Part shown: piece by piece, positions 46,069 through 58,830 of the stretch | Layout: the number at the start of each line of letters is the position of its first letter | Position numbering within the stretch: position 1 is the stretch's first letter | DNA from: Podarcis melisellensis | Taxonomy: Eukaryota | DNA: 64,000 bases | NCBI GenBank assembly: GCA_964234715.1 | Contig: OZ174278.1 | Reading direction: 5' to 3' (one strand) | Notes under the pieces: generated by a model | Databases searched by the model: none | What the model saw: the letters and a program-made list of their open reading frames with translations, nothing else | What the model was told of the DNA's origin: nothing | Position numbers and translations under genes: made by a program

Positions 46069-49000
46069 TTTTATAACCAAGGGCCCTTCTCCAATTTGGT
46101 TTAAACTACTCAGAATCACTATCTGCTCTGAAAATGACCCTTGCCAGCAGGAAACAATCAAAGCATCTCAATTTGCCATGCTACCTTTGGCACTTCCTTG
46201 AACACGCTTATCTATCCCCCTGCAATTCAATTCCTTCTCACTTACTTCTACAGTAGTAACAAGCACGTTTGAACATGTTGCAGGTGGCACATTTTGGCGG
46301 TACCGTTAAAAAACATGTATTGCCATATTTATTCTAATTATTAACTTCTTTTTACCTCTAGGAAAGGCAGCCACTTGGATTTTCCCCTTCAGGTACAATA
46401 ATATCTTGTGCCATCTCGTCTTGGAACAACCACACTCACCTGGGTCAATCAGTAACCATGAGTCAGACAGGTAAAACAAAGCTTTGTTTTCTGTATGCAG
46501 ATGTGCCTTGCTTGGAGTGCCTTTCTGTTACACAAGGGCAATACAGAAAAGGGAGATGTGAGGAAGTCAGGAAAGTAAGTTATAGGAAGTTAAGAGTTGA
46601 ACTTATATACTTTTGTTTGGTTTTTGTGTTTTTTATCGTTTATTGTTTGTTGTTGTGTTATTTTGTCTTGTTTGTTATTATAAATCTGTTGAAACCTTAA
46701 TAAAAATCCTTTAAAAAAAAGAAAAGAAAAATATCTACAAATCACCCGCCTGTTCACTTACCAACCTGTAATCCCTGTTATTGCCTGACTTATCTTTCCT
46801 GGAATAGATTGCAAACCTCCGTAGCAAGGACTCTGCTACTTCTGTACAGGATCTGGGACACAGTGCTAAAGCCAGTGATGTTTTCTAGAGGGCTGCACTT
46901 GCGTTGAATCTAAGCATGAATTCCCTTGCTCTGTTTACCTCACTTACCTTACATGGCTGCTACCAGGACAAACAGCATCGCTCCCATGTAGCTTACCCTT
47001 CTTGATGAAAAGCAGGTGAGCAAATGTTTGCGTAGTAAATAGCTTCATGTTGCATGACAAGATCACACCCATACTTTAACTTATTTTAACCTTCATTTTC
47101 AAACCTTATTTCTTCTCCTTTGGTAAAGAATGGGGAGGGAGGGGATTTTTCTTTCTTCAGTTCCCCCTTCCCTCCAAGCACTGGGCAACTGGGAACAGCA
47201 CAGAAATACTTGGCCTATAACTGAGAGACAGCCATGTGCTCTGACCTTCATTTTTACTAGGTGAGGGGTGTGAAAGCCCAGGCAGGGTGGGGTTTTTTTG
47301 TTTTCCTTAAAAATTGGAGGGCGACCTGCCTCCCCTCATTATCCTAGCTTATTCTGGACTTTCACATCTCTACCTACTCTCTATATTTTTTTATAGTCTA
47401 GCAACAGATTTTCTATAAAATCTTTATTGAGCTGCTTTTAAGGCAGGGATTCAAGACAGGGATGTTGTGGTGCTTCCTGTCCTTTCCCTTTCACACTCTA
47501 CAAGAAAAAGCCATTCAAGAGTTTTAATTAGAGAGCAAACACAGGCTGTCGCTTTCCACTGTGTGACGCACATAAAAACCTATTTGCTTGTTCCAGTCTC
47601 ACGCGTGCAGAACAGAACAGCTACATGAGAGCTGTTACTGCCTTTCTTAAGGCACTCAGGATATAAATGGTCACAACAGCATCAAGAAGCGTGTATGTTA
47701 AAATTGGGCCTTCCACCCAAATGAACAAGAGAGGGAGAAGCAAGCTGAATGCAGTGAAAAAAATAGTTTTTGAAGGTTTAAGACAGGGATGGGGAACCTC
47801 AGGCCTGGAGGGGGGATGTCTCCCCACAGACCTCTCTGCCTGGCCCCTGGCATTGTTCCCGGGCCATGCCCACTCGCTGGCTGTCCTTGCATCTCACCCA
47901 CCTTGAGTGTTTTTGCTTGGCTGGAATATCCTTGAACACTGATAATGACTCTTGCTTGAAGGGAGGATAGAGGGGTGTGTAGAAATTTGCCCACCAGTTA
48001 AAAGATAAAATTTGCTTTCATTTTTCCACACACTTTTTTGTATGGCTCCATCTGCTTTGTTTCCCCATCTCCTCAGGGTTGAGGAATGAGGCGCTCCACC
48101 AATTTTAAGGGATGAATTTATCAGAGGAGGTAAAAAAAATAGTTGTGCTCATTTAACGGGAGGTCTCATTCTAAGGATAGGAACTAAACAGTGAAAGAAA
48201 AACAGGGTTGCTGTTGGAAAAAGGCAGTTTTCCTCCTCCGTAAAGTGTGGTTCAATTTACTTGATGTTCTGATGTCATTACTAAGTGTGTTTCTACCTGC
48301 CCTGCATCACTGAGTGCCACTGGCAGAATGCTCAGTGTGATGAGGACGCAAATTGTATTCCACCTTGCAGTAATACAGGAGGGAATTTGACACGGGCCTT
48401 CTGTTTTTTTGCAAGGTATAGTTCTGCCCAAGGTTGCAGAAACACCACCCACCCCATCAAACATTCTAGGGTCCTCTAAATGCTACACAACTGGCAAGTA
48501 TGTCTCTGTAGATTTGGGAGGACCTCCCCTGTGTCCCTCTAAATATGTTGACAAAAAAAGAGAGCTAGAATGGGGAGAATCAGGAACTGTTTGACCCACC
48601 CCATGAAAAATCACAAGAGGAAGAGCTGCAGCTGCTGTAAACCAATCTATTTGTTTTAGCAAAGTAGAAGGGTATTCACTTTCCATGCAGAAATTCCCAG
48701 GTTCAATCCCTGGCATCTTAATTTAAAAGGTGTAATGAAAAGCCTCTGCCAGAGACCCTTTACACCCTCTGGCAATCAGAATGAACAGTGCTGTGCTGGA
48801 TGGATAAATTATCTGACTGGGCAGGAGTGGCCAACCTATGACCCTCTAAGTTGTTGGATTCCCATCAGCCCCAGCCAGCCTAACTGATGGTCAGGGATGA
48901 TGACTTGTAGTCCAAAAACATCTGGAGGGTCACACATTCTCCATCCCTGCTGTAGTAGAACAGCTTCCCCCTGGGTGTGTTTTTAAATGTATTTTTATTA

Positions 49001-49361
49001 AAGATGTTCTTGATTTACAAAGGTATGGGCAATGTCTCTCTCTTGTATTTTTTTTCCATGTAACATTTTTTTTTAATAAATCGGCTTCATTTGTTGAGAC
49101 ATTAGGAAGAATAGTGGGAAAGAGGTGGGTGGGAGGAAAGATAAGTGGGGGTGAGGACAGGTGGTGATGTTTCTATTTTACTTAATATATGTGGGGTTTT
49201 GTGTCAGCGTTGCTTGTGCAGGTTCACTGCTGTTCACTTGTGTTCCTTTGGTGGTGAGGTTGGGGTTGGCCTGGGGTGTGGTTGTTTGTTTGTGATTGGA
49301 TGTGGTGGTCTTTGTTTTCATGTGTGAGTGGGGTGGGTGGGTGTTTTGGATCAGGTTAGCC

Positions 49362-49660
49362 ATAATAATAATAATAATAATAATAAATTTTATTTATATC
49401 CCGCCCCCCCAGCCGAAGCCGGGCTCAGGGCGGCTAACAACAACCAAATAATCAAACAGTAAAATAATCACACATTCTAAAAATATTTCATTATAAAAAT
49501 TAATTAAAATCAAATTAATGGCAACCGATTAAGCAAAATTCTGTGCAGGTTGCCAGAGGAGGGAGTCAGGCTGCGCCCTGACCAAAGGCCTGGTGGAACA
49601 ACTCTGTCTTGCAGGCCCTGCGGAAAGATGTCAGGTCCCGCAGGGCCCTAGTCTCCTGTG
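49362..49660 (-). mobile_element. L2-like LINE 3' end with (AAT)n tail, nested in an L1-like tail
   Basis: (aat)n + tttatttatatcccgccc...gctcagggcggctaacaa; host repeat resumes near 49660. Confidence 0.6.
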
Positions 49661-50569
49661 ATTTGTATGCTGTTGGTGGATTTTTGCCATTGTCTTGTTG
49701 GGCTGTGTGTGTGATAAAGGGGAGCCATACAGGGGTGAAGGTGTCTTCTTCTATTTGTCCCCGTGTCAGTTTCAGTTTATTGGTTAATTTTTCTATTAAG
49801 GCTGTTTCCAGCTTCCCCCTGTTGATTGATACTTGTCATTTGGGCCACAGCTACTTTTGGTGGTTTTGTTTTTGTAAAACTTTTGCCCACGCTAGCGGGC
49901 AGAATAAATGGCAACTGGAAGACTCCAGGTCTGTGTTCTCCAACCTGGATTTTATGAGTCATAAGATCCCACTCAGCATCAAATTATAGCACACACAGCA
50001 GAGACTGAAAAAGAAAAGGGCTAAAAATGTAAAATAAAGCCAAGACTGCTGCAGAGCTTTTCAAAGCAAGTAAATATCCTTGAGAGAAGCTAAAAACTGA
50101 CTGGTGTGGGAAGGAAGTTCAGAATGGGTATACAAATCCTTGAGCTTCAGAAGACTATAAGCAGCAAACAATAGTATGATAATGACACCAAAAATCCATA
50201 CACATCGGAAGCACTTTAAAATGAAAGCATATGCTGCTAATTGTATAACACTAGAAACCACTTAATTAGTAGGTATTGTACAAGGGACCAGTCACACCTA
50301 CACATACCATGTGCAGTGAATACCTATACCGAAGTCCCACATTTACTCCCCGGTGCAGTGTGGATAAGATTACAGCTTACAGTCCTATACACACCTGGGA
50401 ATCCTATGAATGCTCACCTGAGAGTAGCACACAAAGCCACCATCAGCACGGACAATGATCAGGGATGGAGGGAACTGTAGTCCAGCAACATCAGGAGGAC
50501 TACAGGTTCTCCAGCTCTATCTAAGGGACCTCTCAAGGGAGAACTGAATGTGCAGGGGACATGTTGTTT

Positions 50570-51310
50570 TTTTTAAAAAAAATGATTATTATTGCAATTT
50601 AAAATTAACAGGTAAACATAATCTTTTCCTTTTACATTTACATACATAATCTACTTATTCTTCTATACATATTAATCTACTCTATATTATAATTGACTTT
50701 CCCCTACCTCTTAACAGCTTCATCTTCTCTCTTTATTTCATTTTCTTTTGTACTGTGTTCTCATATATAAAAAAGGTAAAGGACCATTAGGTCCAGCCGT
50801 GACCAACTCTGAGGTTGCGGCGCTCATCTCGCTTTATTGGCTGAGGGAGCCGGCGTACAGCTTCCGGGTCATGTGGCCAGCATGACTAAGCCGCTTCTGG
50901 TGAACCAGAGCAGCGCACGGAAACACCGTTTACCTTCCCGCCGGAGCGGTACCTATTTATCTACTTGCACTTTGACGTGCTTTCGAACTGCTAGGTTGGC
51001 ACCTTTTCTTTGTATATCTCCTCTGATTGTCTTTTATTTTGTGGAATTTATTCTAGGCACACCCGTTTGGATTTGGGAACCATGTTTACACACATAACTT
51101 TTAAAACAATCCTGTTCTTTTTTCACCTTTAAACTTGAGTGATTTCTTATTGCTTCTGTCATTTTGGCTAATTCCAAGTATTCGCACTATTGCTTTTGCC
51201 ACTCTTCCTTAGTTGGTATCACATCCCCTTTCCAATACTTGGCAATTAATACTCTAGCCGTAGTTGTTGCATAAAGCAACACTCTTTTACTTACTCTAGG
51301 AATGTTTATT
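50570..51310 (-). mobile_element. L1 ORF2 C-terminal fragment and 3' UTR, interrupted by a SINE
   Basis: Minus strand ~51285-51095 reads LYATTTARVLIAKYWKGDVIPTKEEWQKQ*CEYLELAKMT, typical of non-mammalian L1 ORF2 ends. Confidence 0.75.
50771..51000 (-). mobile_element. 5'-truncated Sauria SINE
   Basis: Matches the 3' two-thirds of the other copies. Confidence 0.9.
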
Positions 51311-52105
51311 GGGGGGACAGATTTATTTGTTCCAACAAAGTTTGATCTCCAAATGAAGCCTTCTTAGCTGAGGTGCTTATACTCCAGCACTGCCTCTTTC
51401 CTGGATAATGTTGAACTTCAATGTTGGCCTAGAACCTTACGGTTTCCTCTTCTTCATTACGTCCCTCTTGGCTCATTACCTGTGCTGAGATGGTGCCCCA
51501 GGCAAGGAGGCAGTTGGCTGCTTGGGACCCTATACTCAAGAGCAGAGGCCTCTCTAGATCCCTGTTTGGGTTACTTGGTAGACAAGTTCTGGCTAAGGGC
51601 CTTTGACTTGGGTCTAGCCTTTCTATGGCCTTCCTTGCTGCTCATTTTGAACGGGCCACAGTGGGGGGTCATCATCACAACCACTTTGTGCAACTGAGTG
51701 GAGATCACCATCCTAACTACTTCCTGCAGGCTCATAGAATTACAGCGCACACTCCATGGGGTCTCTGCTGGTAGAGGCCAAGTGGGCAGGATTGGCTCCC
51801 ATTGTAACACTTTGCTGTCTCCTACCCCCTGGAATAGATGTCAGCCTCCCTGCAATGCAGGGGGTCGGACTAGATTGACCTTTAGGGTACCTTCCTACTC
51901 TTTCAATTCTAAGATCTCAGCTATATGTGCTAAACTTAGAGACGGCACCCGGGTGGGGTGACTAATGCTGACCCGTGTCTCTGGTGGCGCTTTGGAGCGA
52001 AAAGTCTGCCTTTCCCACTTGCATCCTCCTGCTTACTTTGCCCCACAGAATCCAGTTACAGCCATCAGCTCCTATCTTCATATCACCACCCTGGGTCCAG
52101 AGCAG

Positions 52106-52798
52106 GAGTGGGGAACCTCAGGTCAAATGCAGTCCTCCAGGCCTCTCTTCCTGCCCCTCTGCACTCTCCCAGGCCACGTCAACTCTGCAAGCCACAACCC
52201 TCACTGGTCCTCCTGACCCACGCCTTGAGCGCTTTTGCTTTGCTGAAATGTGCCCTTGTGTTGCGCTAATGCCTTTTGCATGCCTGGATGGAGGGCGAAG
52301 ATCAGTGTGGGGCTGCAGAAACATCCCGCTTGCATGCCTGGATTGTACAAAGGTAAGGGCCACAACTGTTTTCTTTGTCCATGGAGTTTTCTTGGCAGGG
52401 ATACTGGAGTGGCTTGCCAGTTCCTGCTCCAGGTGGATCACGTGAAGCTGAGGCTCCAATACCTTGGCCACCTCATGAGAAGTGAAGACTCCCTGGAAAA
52501 GACCCTGATATTGGGAAAGATTGAGGGCACAAGAAGAAGGGGATGACAGAGGACGAGATGGTTGGACAGTGTTCTCGAAGCTACCAGCATGAGTTTGACC
52601 AAACTGCGGGAGGCAGTGGAAGACAGGAGTGCCTGGCATACTCTGGTCCATGGGGTCACGAAGAGTCGGACACGACTAAACAACTAAACAACCACAAAGG
52701 ACCACAAACACTGCTCCAGCCATTTTTGCCTCTGGCCAATGGCCCATGGAAGGTTGCCTTTGAGGGAATGCAGGTTGAAAATAGTTTCCCCCACCCTG
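52106..52798. mobile_element. hAT-like non-autonomous element carrying a BovB insertion
   Basis: caggagtggggaacct ... agtttcccccaccctg termini; related start at 47784. Confidence 0.55.
52366..52696 (+). mobile_element. BovB insertion: 3' end (52441-52696) preceded by an inverted 5'-region piece
   Basis: LRLQYLGHLMRSEDSLEKTLILGKIEG plus tail on +; minus strand of ~52375-52435 reads PGAGTGKPLQYPCQENSMD, like the BovB ORF N-terminal region. Confidence 0.8.
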
Positions 52799-53585
52799 GT
52801 CCGGAGCATGCCAGAACGCCGGGAGCACAGCGAGGTAACATTTTTGCAGCCTTCCTCACGGTACATTTCCGAAGCGGCCTTTGCTAGTAAACAAATGCCA
52901 ATCCTCGATCTATTCAGAGGTCATTCTGAAAATCTCACATTCTTTCCCCGAACAACAGGATTAGACAACAATGGTGAAATACCTGTGAGCTGATTTATAG
53001 TTAGCATTCCCAGAATTCTTGTTGTGCCTGGAGGAGTGCCTGTGCACCTTCTCATTGGTTTATAGTTAGCATTTTTTGTCTCTCTCTCACACAGCCCAGT
53101 CTCAGGCTTTTGTTTTGTGCAAAGGTTTTCATGATGGGTGAACCTCGGGGCTGAAGTCCAGGACTTTGCAGCCCAAGGGACCTCCCCCCACCCACAAAAT
53201 GACCACCTGGAGAGCGGCAGGTGTTGGAGGCAGCAGCAAACAAGCTTGATATCAGCACCTAGGCTGAAATAAACATGCCATTTTAACCCCTCTGGTCATG
53301 ATGGAGCTATGGTTCCAGTTAGTGTTCAAAACTGCACATATTCAGAGTGTGGTAGTATAGAGGTGCTGTCTTGTGCTGCTGGTGAATCTGATGAGGAGTG
53401 AAGCAGCAGTAACTCCGAGATGCATATGCAAGTAAAGGCATCACTGGTCTCTGGGGACAGCCTCCACAGGTGGGTATTTTGGCCTCTTTCATTATTTGCA
53501 TTGCAATCCTATCTATGCCTATCCAGAAGACACAATAAGTTCAATGGAGCTTATTCTCAGGTTAAGTGTGTATATACAGTAAAGG

Positions 53586-53660
53586 AAGACAGAAGTGCCT
53601 GGCGTGCTCTGGTCCATGGGGTCACGAAGAGTCGGACACGACTAAACGACTAAACAACAA
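53586..53660 (+). mobile_element. BovB extreme 3' tail
   Basis: aagacagaagtgcctggcgtgctctggtccatggggtcacgaagagtcggacacgactaaac; TSD atacagtaaagg. Confidence 0.9.
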
Positions 53661-53667
53661 ATACAGT

Positions 53668-54016
53668 AAAGGTAAAGGTACCCCTGACCATTGGATCCAG
53701 TTGTGACCGACTCTGGGGTTGCGGCGCTCGTCTCACTTTATTGGTCGAGGGAGCCGGCATACAGCTTCTGGGTCATGTGGCCAGCATGACTAAGCCGCTT
53801 CTGGCGAACCAGAGCAGCACACGGAAACACTGTTTACCTTCCCGCCGGAGGTACCTATTTATCTACTTGCACTTTGACGTGCTTTCGAACTGCTAGGTTG
53901 GCAGGAGCAGGGACTGAGCAACGGGAGCTCATCCCATCACGGGGATTCGAACCGCCGACCTTCTGATCAGCAAGACCTAGGCTCTGTGGTTTAACCCACA
54001 GCGCCACCCACGTCCC
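53668..54016 (-). mobile_element. Sauria SINE
   Basis: Full-length; TSD gtgtatatacagta (53568-53581, 54018-54031). Confidence 0.93.
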
Positions 54017-54752
54017 TGTGTATATACAGTACTGCAGCCTTAATGAATGCGCTTGTCCCATGGCACAGCCACAGCTAGGAATTACTCTTGCCCTATAACA
54101 TGTCTGCTGTTTTATTTTGGGGGAGGAGTGTCTGGAGTCTGGAAAACACTGGTGTAAATCAACGGGAGTACAAATTTAATCACTGTGTGGTGTTAAAAAT
54201 AAATTCTACACGATACTACACAGCCCCATGCATATCTACTCAGAAGTTAAGCTCCACTGTGTGCATCCTGACAGTGTTTACTCAAAAGCAAGCCTCACTG
54301 AGTTCTATTTAACTCTTACAAGAATCCTGTGCGGTAGGTTAGGCTAAGAGGAGGAACTCTTCATGGCAGATGGAGATCTGAACCCGAGTCTCCCTGGTCC
54401 TAGTCCAGGACGGTATAGCACACAAGCTTACATCAGAAATATATTTTGTTACCAGAGATATTTTCAGTTCATTTATGTACTACTATTTTTAGGTGCCCTT
54501 TGTAAGCCAAAGAAAACACCACTGAGCAATATTCATATTTAAGCAAGCACATTGCCATGCTTCGTGGGTTAATTACTGCAATAATTTGAAAAATGAAGAT
54601 GTGCAGCATTGCTTAAATTGCAGGTATTTGATCATTACAAAATTAACTGCTTCACCCCACCACATTCTTTCAGCCCTGGAATTTTCTGAGAACCTAATGG
54701 TTTTCTTGCTCTCTTCCAAGATGGGGTTTCCTTTCAATTCCTTAATAAATTA

Positions 54753-54980
54753 CCGTATTTTTTGCTCTATAAGACTCACTTTTTCCCTCCTAAAAAGTAA
54801 GGGGAAATGTGTGTGCGTCTTATGGAGCGAATGCAGTCTGCGCAGCTATCCCAGAAGCCAGAACAGCAAGAGGGATTGCTGCTTTCACTGCGCAGCGATC
54901 CCTCTTGATGTTCTGGCTTCTGAGATTCAGAATATTTTGCGTCTTGTGGTCTGGTGCATCTTATAGAGCGAAAAATACGG
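54753..54980. mobile_element. Tc2/pogo-like MITE (same subfamily as 25003-25249)
   Basis: TA|ccgtattttttgctctataag ... cttatagagcgaaaaatacgg|TA. Confidence 0.85.
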
Positions 54981-55483
54981 TATTTTCATTGACACCACTT
55001 GAAGTTTAAAATGAATCCTTATGTAACTGGCAGCACAGTTGAAATACCAAACATATTCTGTTTGTGGAGTCACTTTTTTATAGAACATGGCAGTTTGGAA
55101 TATTTAGGCAGTTTGGAATATCTATATTATAAGTATTAGGGCTGTAGGTTTGTCTCCAACAATGTCAAACCCAGAATAGGCCCACTGAAATCAACAGACT
55201 TAAGCTTTACTGTACTCTGGGTATGACTTTGTTGTATTTTACACACAGTGAGGGACTGTAATGCAATCCGGCAGTCTATGGGTAAGCTCCATGCTATGTA
55301 TGTCTTAGTTCAGTGATGGGGAACCTGTTTCCCTCCAGGTGTTGGATCCCAGCTCCCATCAGCTCCAGCCAGCAAAGCCAATGATCAAGGATGATGGGGG
55401 TTGGAGCCACTGCTAAAAAATGATACTGAGCTGTACTATGACCAGCTTCCCCCTTTCCTGGAATTGCAACCTTAATAATTATA

Positions 55484-55725
55484 CAGTGGTACCTCGGGTT
55501 ACATACGCTTCAGGTTACATACACTTCAGGTTACAGACTCTGCTAACCCAGAAAAAGTACCTCGGGTTAAGAACTTTGCTTCAGGATGAGAACAGAAATT
55601 GTGCGGCGGCGGTATGGTAGCAGTGGGAGGCCCCATTAACTAAAGTGGTGCTTCAGGTTAAGAACAGTTTCAGGTTAAGAACAGACCTCCAGAATGAATT
55701 AAGTACTTAACCCGAGGTACCACTG
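55484..55725. mobile_element. Tc1/mariner-Tigger-type MITE
   Basis: Perfect TIR cagtggtacctcgggtta / taacccgaggtaccactg, TA TSD. Confidence 0.88.
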
Positions 55726-56399
55726 TACTGGTAAGCAACATTAATGTTTCTGAATATTTTTGATGATACCAATGTAAATATATACTGTATTGTCAAAAGA
55801 ATTGGTCTTAAATATGAATAGTCATTGCAACTCAATGGAAAACAGTCCCAAATCTTACACTGGATGCTTGGTACTGCTCACTCTGGAATATAGCTATTAT
55901 GGAGAAAATAATTTGAGATTTCGGCAAGGACCAGAACCTACAGCCACTTTTTATACGATTTGGCATTCCTTTGGGGATATATACAGTGGAACCATCATTT
56001 TCAAGACAACTCTCCTCACAAGCCTGGCAAATCTGGAACAATAGTTGATGATCTGATAAGGTTGATTGCCTTTACTTGGACTTTGATAATTTAACTCATG
56101 TGCAACTACTGATTCTATGCGCCTATTCTACAGTGTTGTTTCTCATCTTTTAATTTTCATGTTGTTTTAACTATCCTCTCTGTTTCCGTTGGGCAAACGA
56201 GTCCTGCATTACAGCGGGATCGCGGTCCCTTCCAACTCTACAATTCTATAGCCATCATTATAAAATGGAGTTAATTATTATTTAAAAAAAACTTTGCAAA
56301 ATAGCAACAATTATTATTACCACTATTATCCCGGTAACCAACATGGCTTAATAACGACTCGCCACCCAAGCAGAACTGCAACAGGTCCCAAGCCGCTTC

Positions 56400-58830
56400 T
56401 TTAACGCGCTATTTATCAGCGCAGCCGGGATCGTGCGAACAAGAGCGCGGCAGCCGAGGCGCGGGACGTCCAGCGGGGCCCCGCCCATCCCGCGCTTGAC
56501 GAGCAGGGCCCCGCCCCGCCCCTTTTCTTCCCCCGCTGGAATGCTGAAGGGGAGGGAGGCGGAATGACGCCGGAGCCCGGGTCACGTGGCACGAGTGGAA
56601 TGCTAACAATGTAGCGAATGTCCCAACTGTGCCCGGCCGCCGCCGCATTCGGAGCCCGAAAGGGGGAAAGGGAAGAATGGAGACCGAGCGGAGCGCTGGG
56701 GGCGGCGGCAGCAGCAGCAATCGAGGCAGCGGCAGGAGGCAGCGGAGAGGAGTCACGGCGGCGGCCCCCTGATTCTCCCGCGGGCACCGAGAGAGGGAGG
56801 GGGCTGCGTGCGGGGAACCCCCTTCTCCGCTCGACCAAGACGGTAAGGGGGTTGTTGGAGGGGTGGGGCAAGGGGGCTTCCCCTGGTGGAGCAGGCTGAG
56901 CCCTTCCACCTGCCCCTCCCGCCCCGTTCGGCGTTACTTCGCAGTTTTCTGGCTCCTTCTCTTCTTTCTTTAAAGGGGATTTTTGCAGAAGTTGCGCAGG
57001 GATTCTAGAGGGGGCGGCTTTCCCGGGGGAATCCTGAAGTTGTTCTTTAAAAGAAAAAGGGATCCACGCGACGCGATTTATTATTCCGGGAAGGGAAAGA
57101 GGCCGGGAGGGAGCTGGGCAGTCGGCGGAGGAGAGCGGCTCTTCTTGGAAGGAGAGCGGGGGAGTTCCTCCGAGGGAGCGGCGGAGGGCAGCTGCTTTGG
57201 CCAAGAAGCGGAAAGTGGCCGCCTACTCGACGGCGTGTGCTAAGGACACGGGCCGTGCGCGGGGGGGGGGGGGAGGGCTTTGCAAGCCAGCAAAGTCAGG
57301 GCTGGGCGAAGAAGCCGTTGTGAGGAGGGAGCCCTGTGGGGAGCCTCGGGGGCTCGACGGAGGAAGGCATCTTCCCGTTTTCAAGGCTGCTCGGGACCAA
57401 ATCCCCGCGCTGGATGGTGGCTGCCGGCAGCCCCAGAGGCGACTGGGGTGGAGAAAGTGGTATCTGTGGCAACAGGATTTGCTGGCAAACCGAGGGAGGG
57501 TTGGGATTCTGGCCCGCCGCTTCCCTTTTGCTTTGCTAAGTGGAGCGCTAGTTGCTGACCAGGGGCCTCGTCGGCTAAAACTTAACGTTTTTAGAGGGTG
57601 CTGCGCAGCATGCAGAAGAGGAAGAGCGAGCGAGTTCTGGATTACTTGACGTGCCCTTGCATCTGGATTTAGGGGCTGAACTGGCCGTGGTGTCAACCGC
57701 TGGTGGAGCCAGTTGCCCCGTAAGCGTTTCCACACGGTCCCCTATGGGAGCGTTTACACGCCCAGGTAAGCCCATTCGCGTGTGTAGCGTTAGCTCGTCC
57801 AGGGAGAGGTGGCTCGGGCAGTTGAGCCGACGGCGGCGCGTTACACGCGAATGGGGCTTCTTCCGTGGTAAAGGGACAGTCGGGAGAGATGCGGAACAAG
57901 ATGGGCAATATTTTAACCCGTGGCAAGTCTTAAGGTCCAAGTCAGCCTTTACGCAGCCTTTACGCGTCCGCGCCTTAAAAAAAATAAAATCAAAGGTGGG
58001 ATTTTGTTGTGTCCTTTAGGTGTAGAACAGGGCAATTTCTAATTCGCCGTGCGAGCCCGGGTTTCATTATAATTATAATTTCGGATTAAGCCGTGCGGCG
58101 CGCAAGAGCGTGGTTATTTTATTATTTTTTTGAGGATGTGGCATGGAAGGGACAAGAGACGGAGCTTTCCTGCCCGCTCCTGTGCGCGATTCCTCGGAAG
58201 TTGCGCGGGGCTTGGCGCTCCAGAACCCGGCGGCGTGCTCGGGATTGCAGCCTCCCGGCTTCTGGAGCGGCCGAGCGACCTTCGCCTCTTCCTCTTGCCC
58301 AGCGCCACACCTCCCGTGGGCTGTGGAAGCGAGGAGGAAAGAGGGGGAGGATTGCGCTTCCACTTAAAGCCTTTCCAGAGAGGCCTTTGCACGGGCGCGG
58401 AGTGGGAGTCGCCGTGAGCCTGTGTGCGCCCGGCCGCTGTCGCGCTCGCCCTCTGCTACAGCGCGGCGCTCCCTTTGCTTTTGCTCGAGGCCTCTCGCGG
58501 CTCCCCGGCCGGAAGAAACCAGCAAACTTTCTTCCCAGCCCTTGGAAGTCGAACGGCGCTGCGCGGAGGGGAGTGGCGCCTTGGCCGCTTGCTCGAGTCC
58601 CAGTTCTGGGCCGGGGGAAACCTTGGAGCGGTTGCCTCCGTCGCCCATCCCTTATGCCCGGGCCTCGCCTTCCCGGCTTCTCCTCACCCGCTTTGGAGTA
58701 GATATTGGTGGCCGTGTGACAGCTGAGCCCAGCCGCAGGACCTTCCTTCCTTGCTTTCCCAACCCCGGCCCCTCAGTCTTGGAGAAGCGCCCTGCAACCT
58801 CTCCTCAGCATGGGCTTGAGGGGCGCGACT
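56400..58830 (+). promoter_or_regulatory. Large CpG island; probable LATS2 promoter and non-coding exon 1 (ending at 56842)
   Basis: Very high CpG density, tandem GC boxes (~56508-56522), E-box gtcacgtg (56581), three GGAATG sites, G|gtaagg donor at 56843. LATS2 identity is inferred from LATS2-SAP18-SKA3-MRPL57-ZDHHC20 synteny; no LATS2 coding sequence recognised in the window. Confidence 0.7.
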
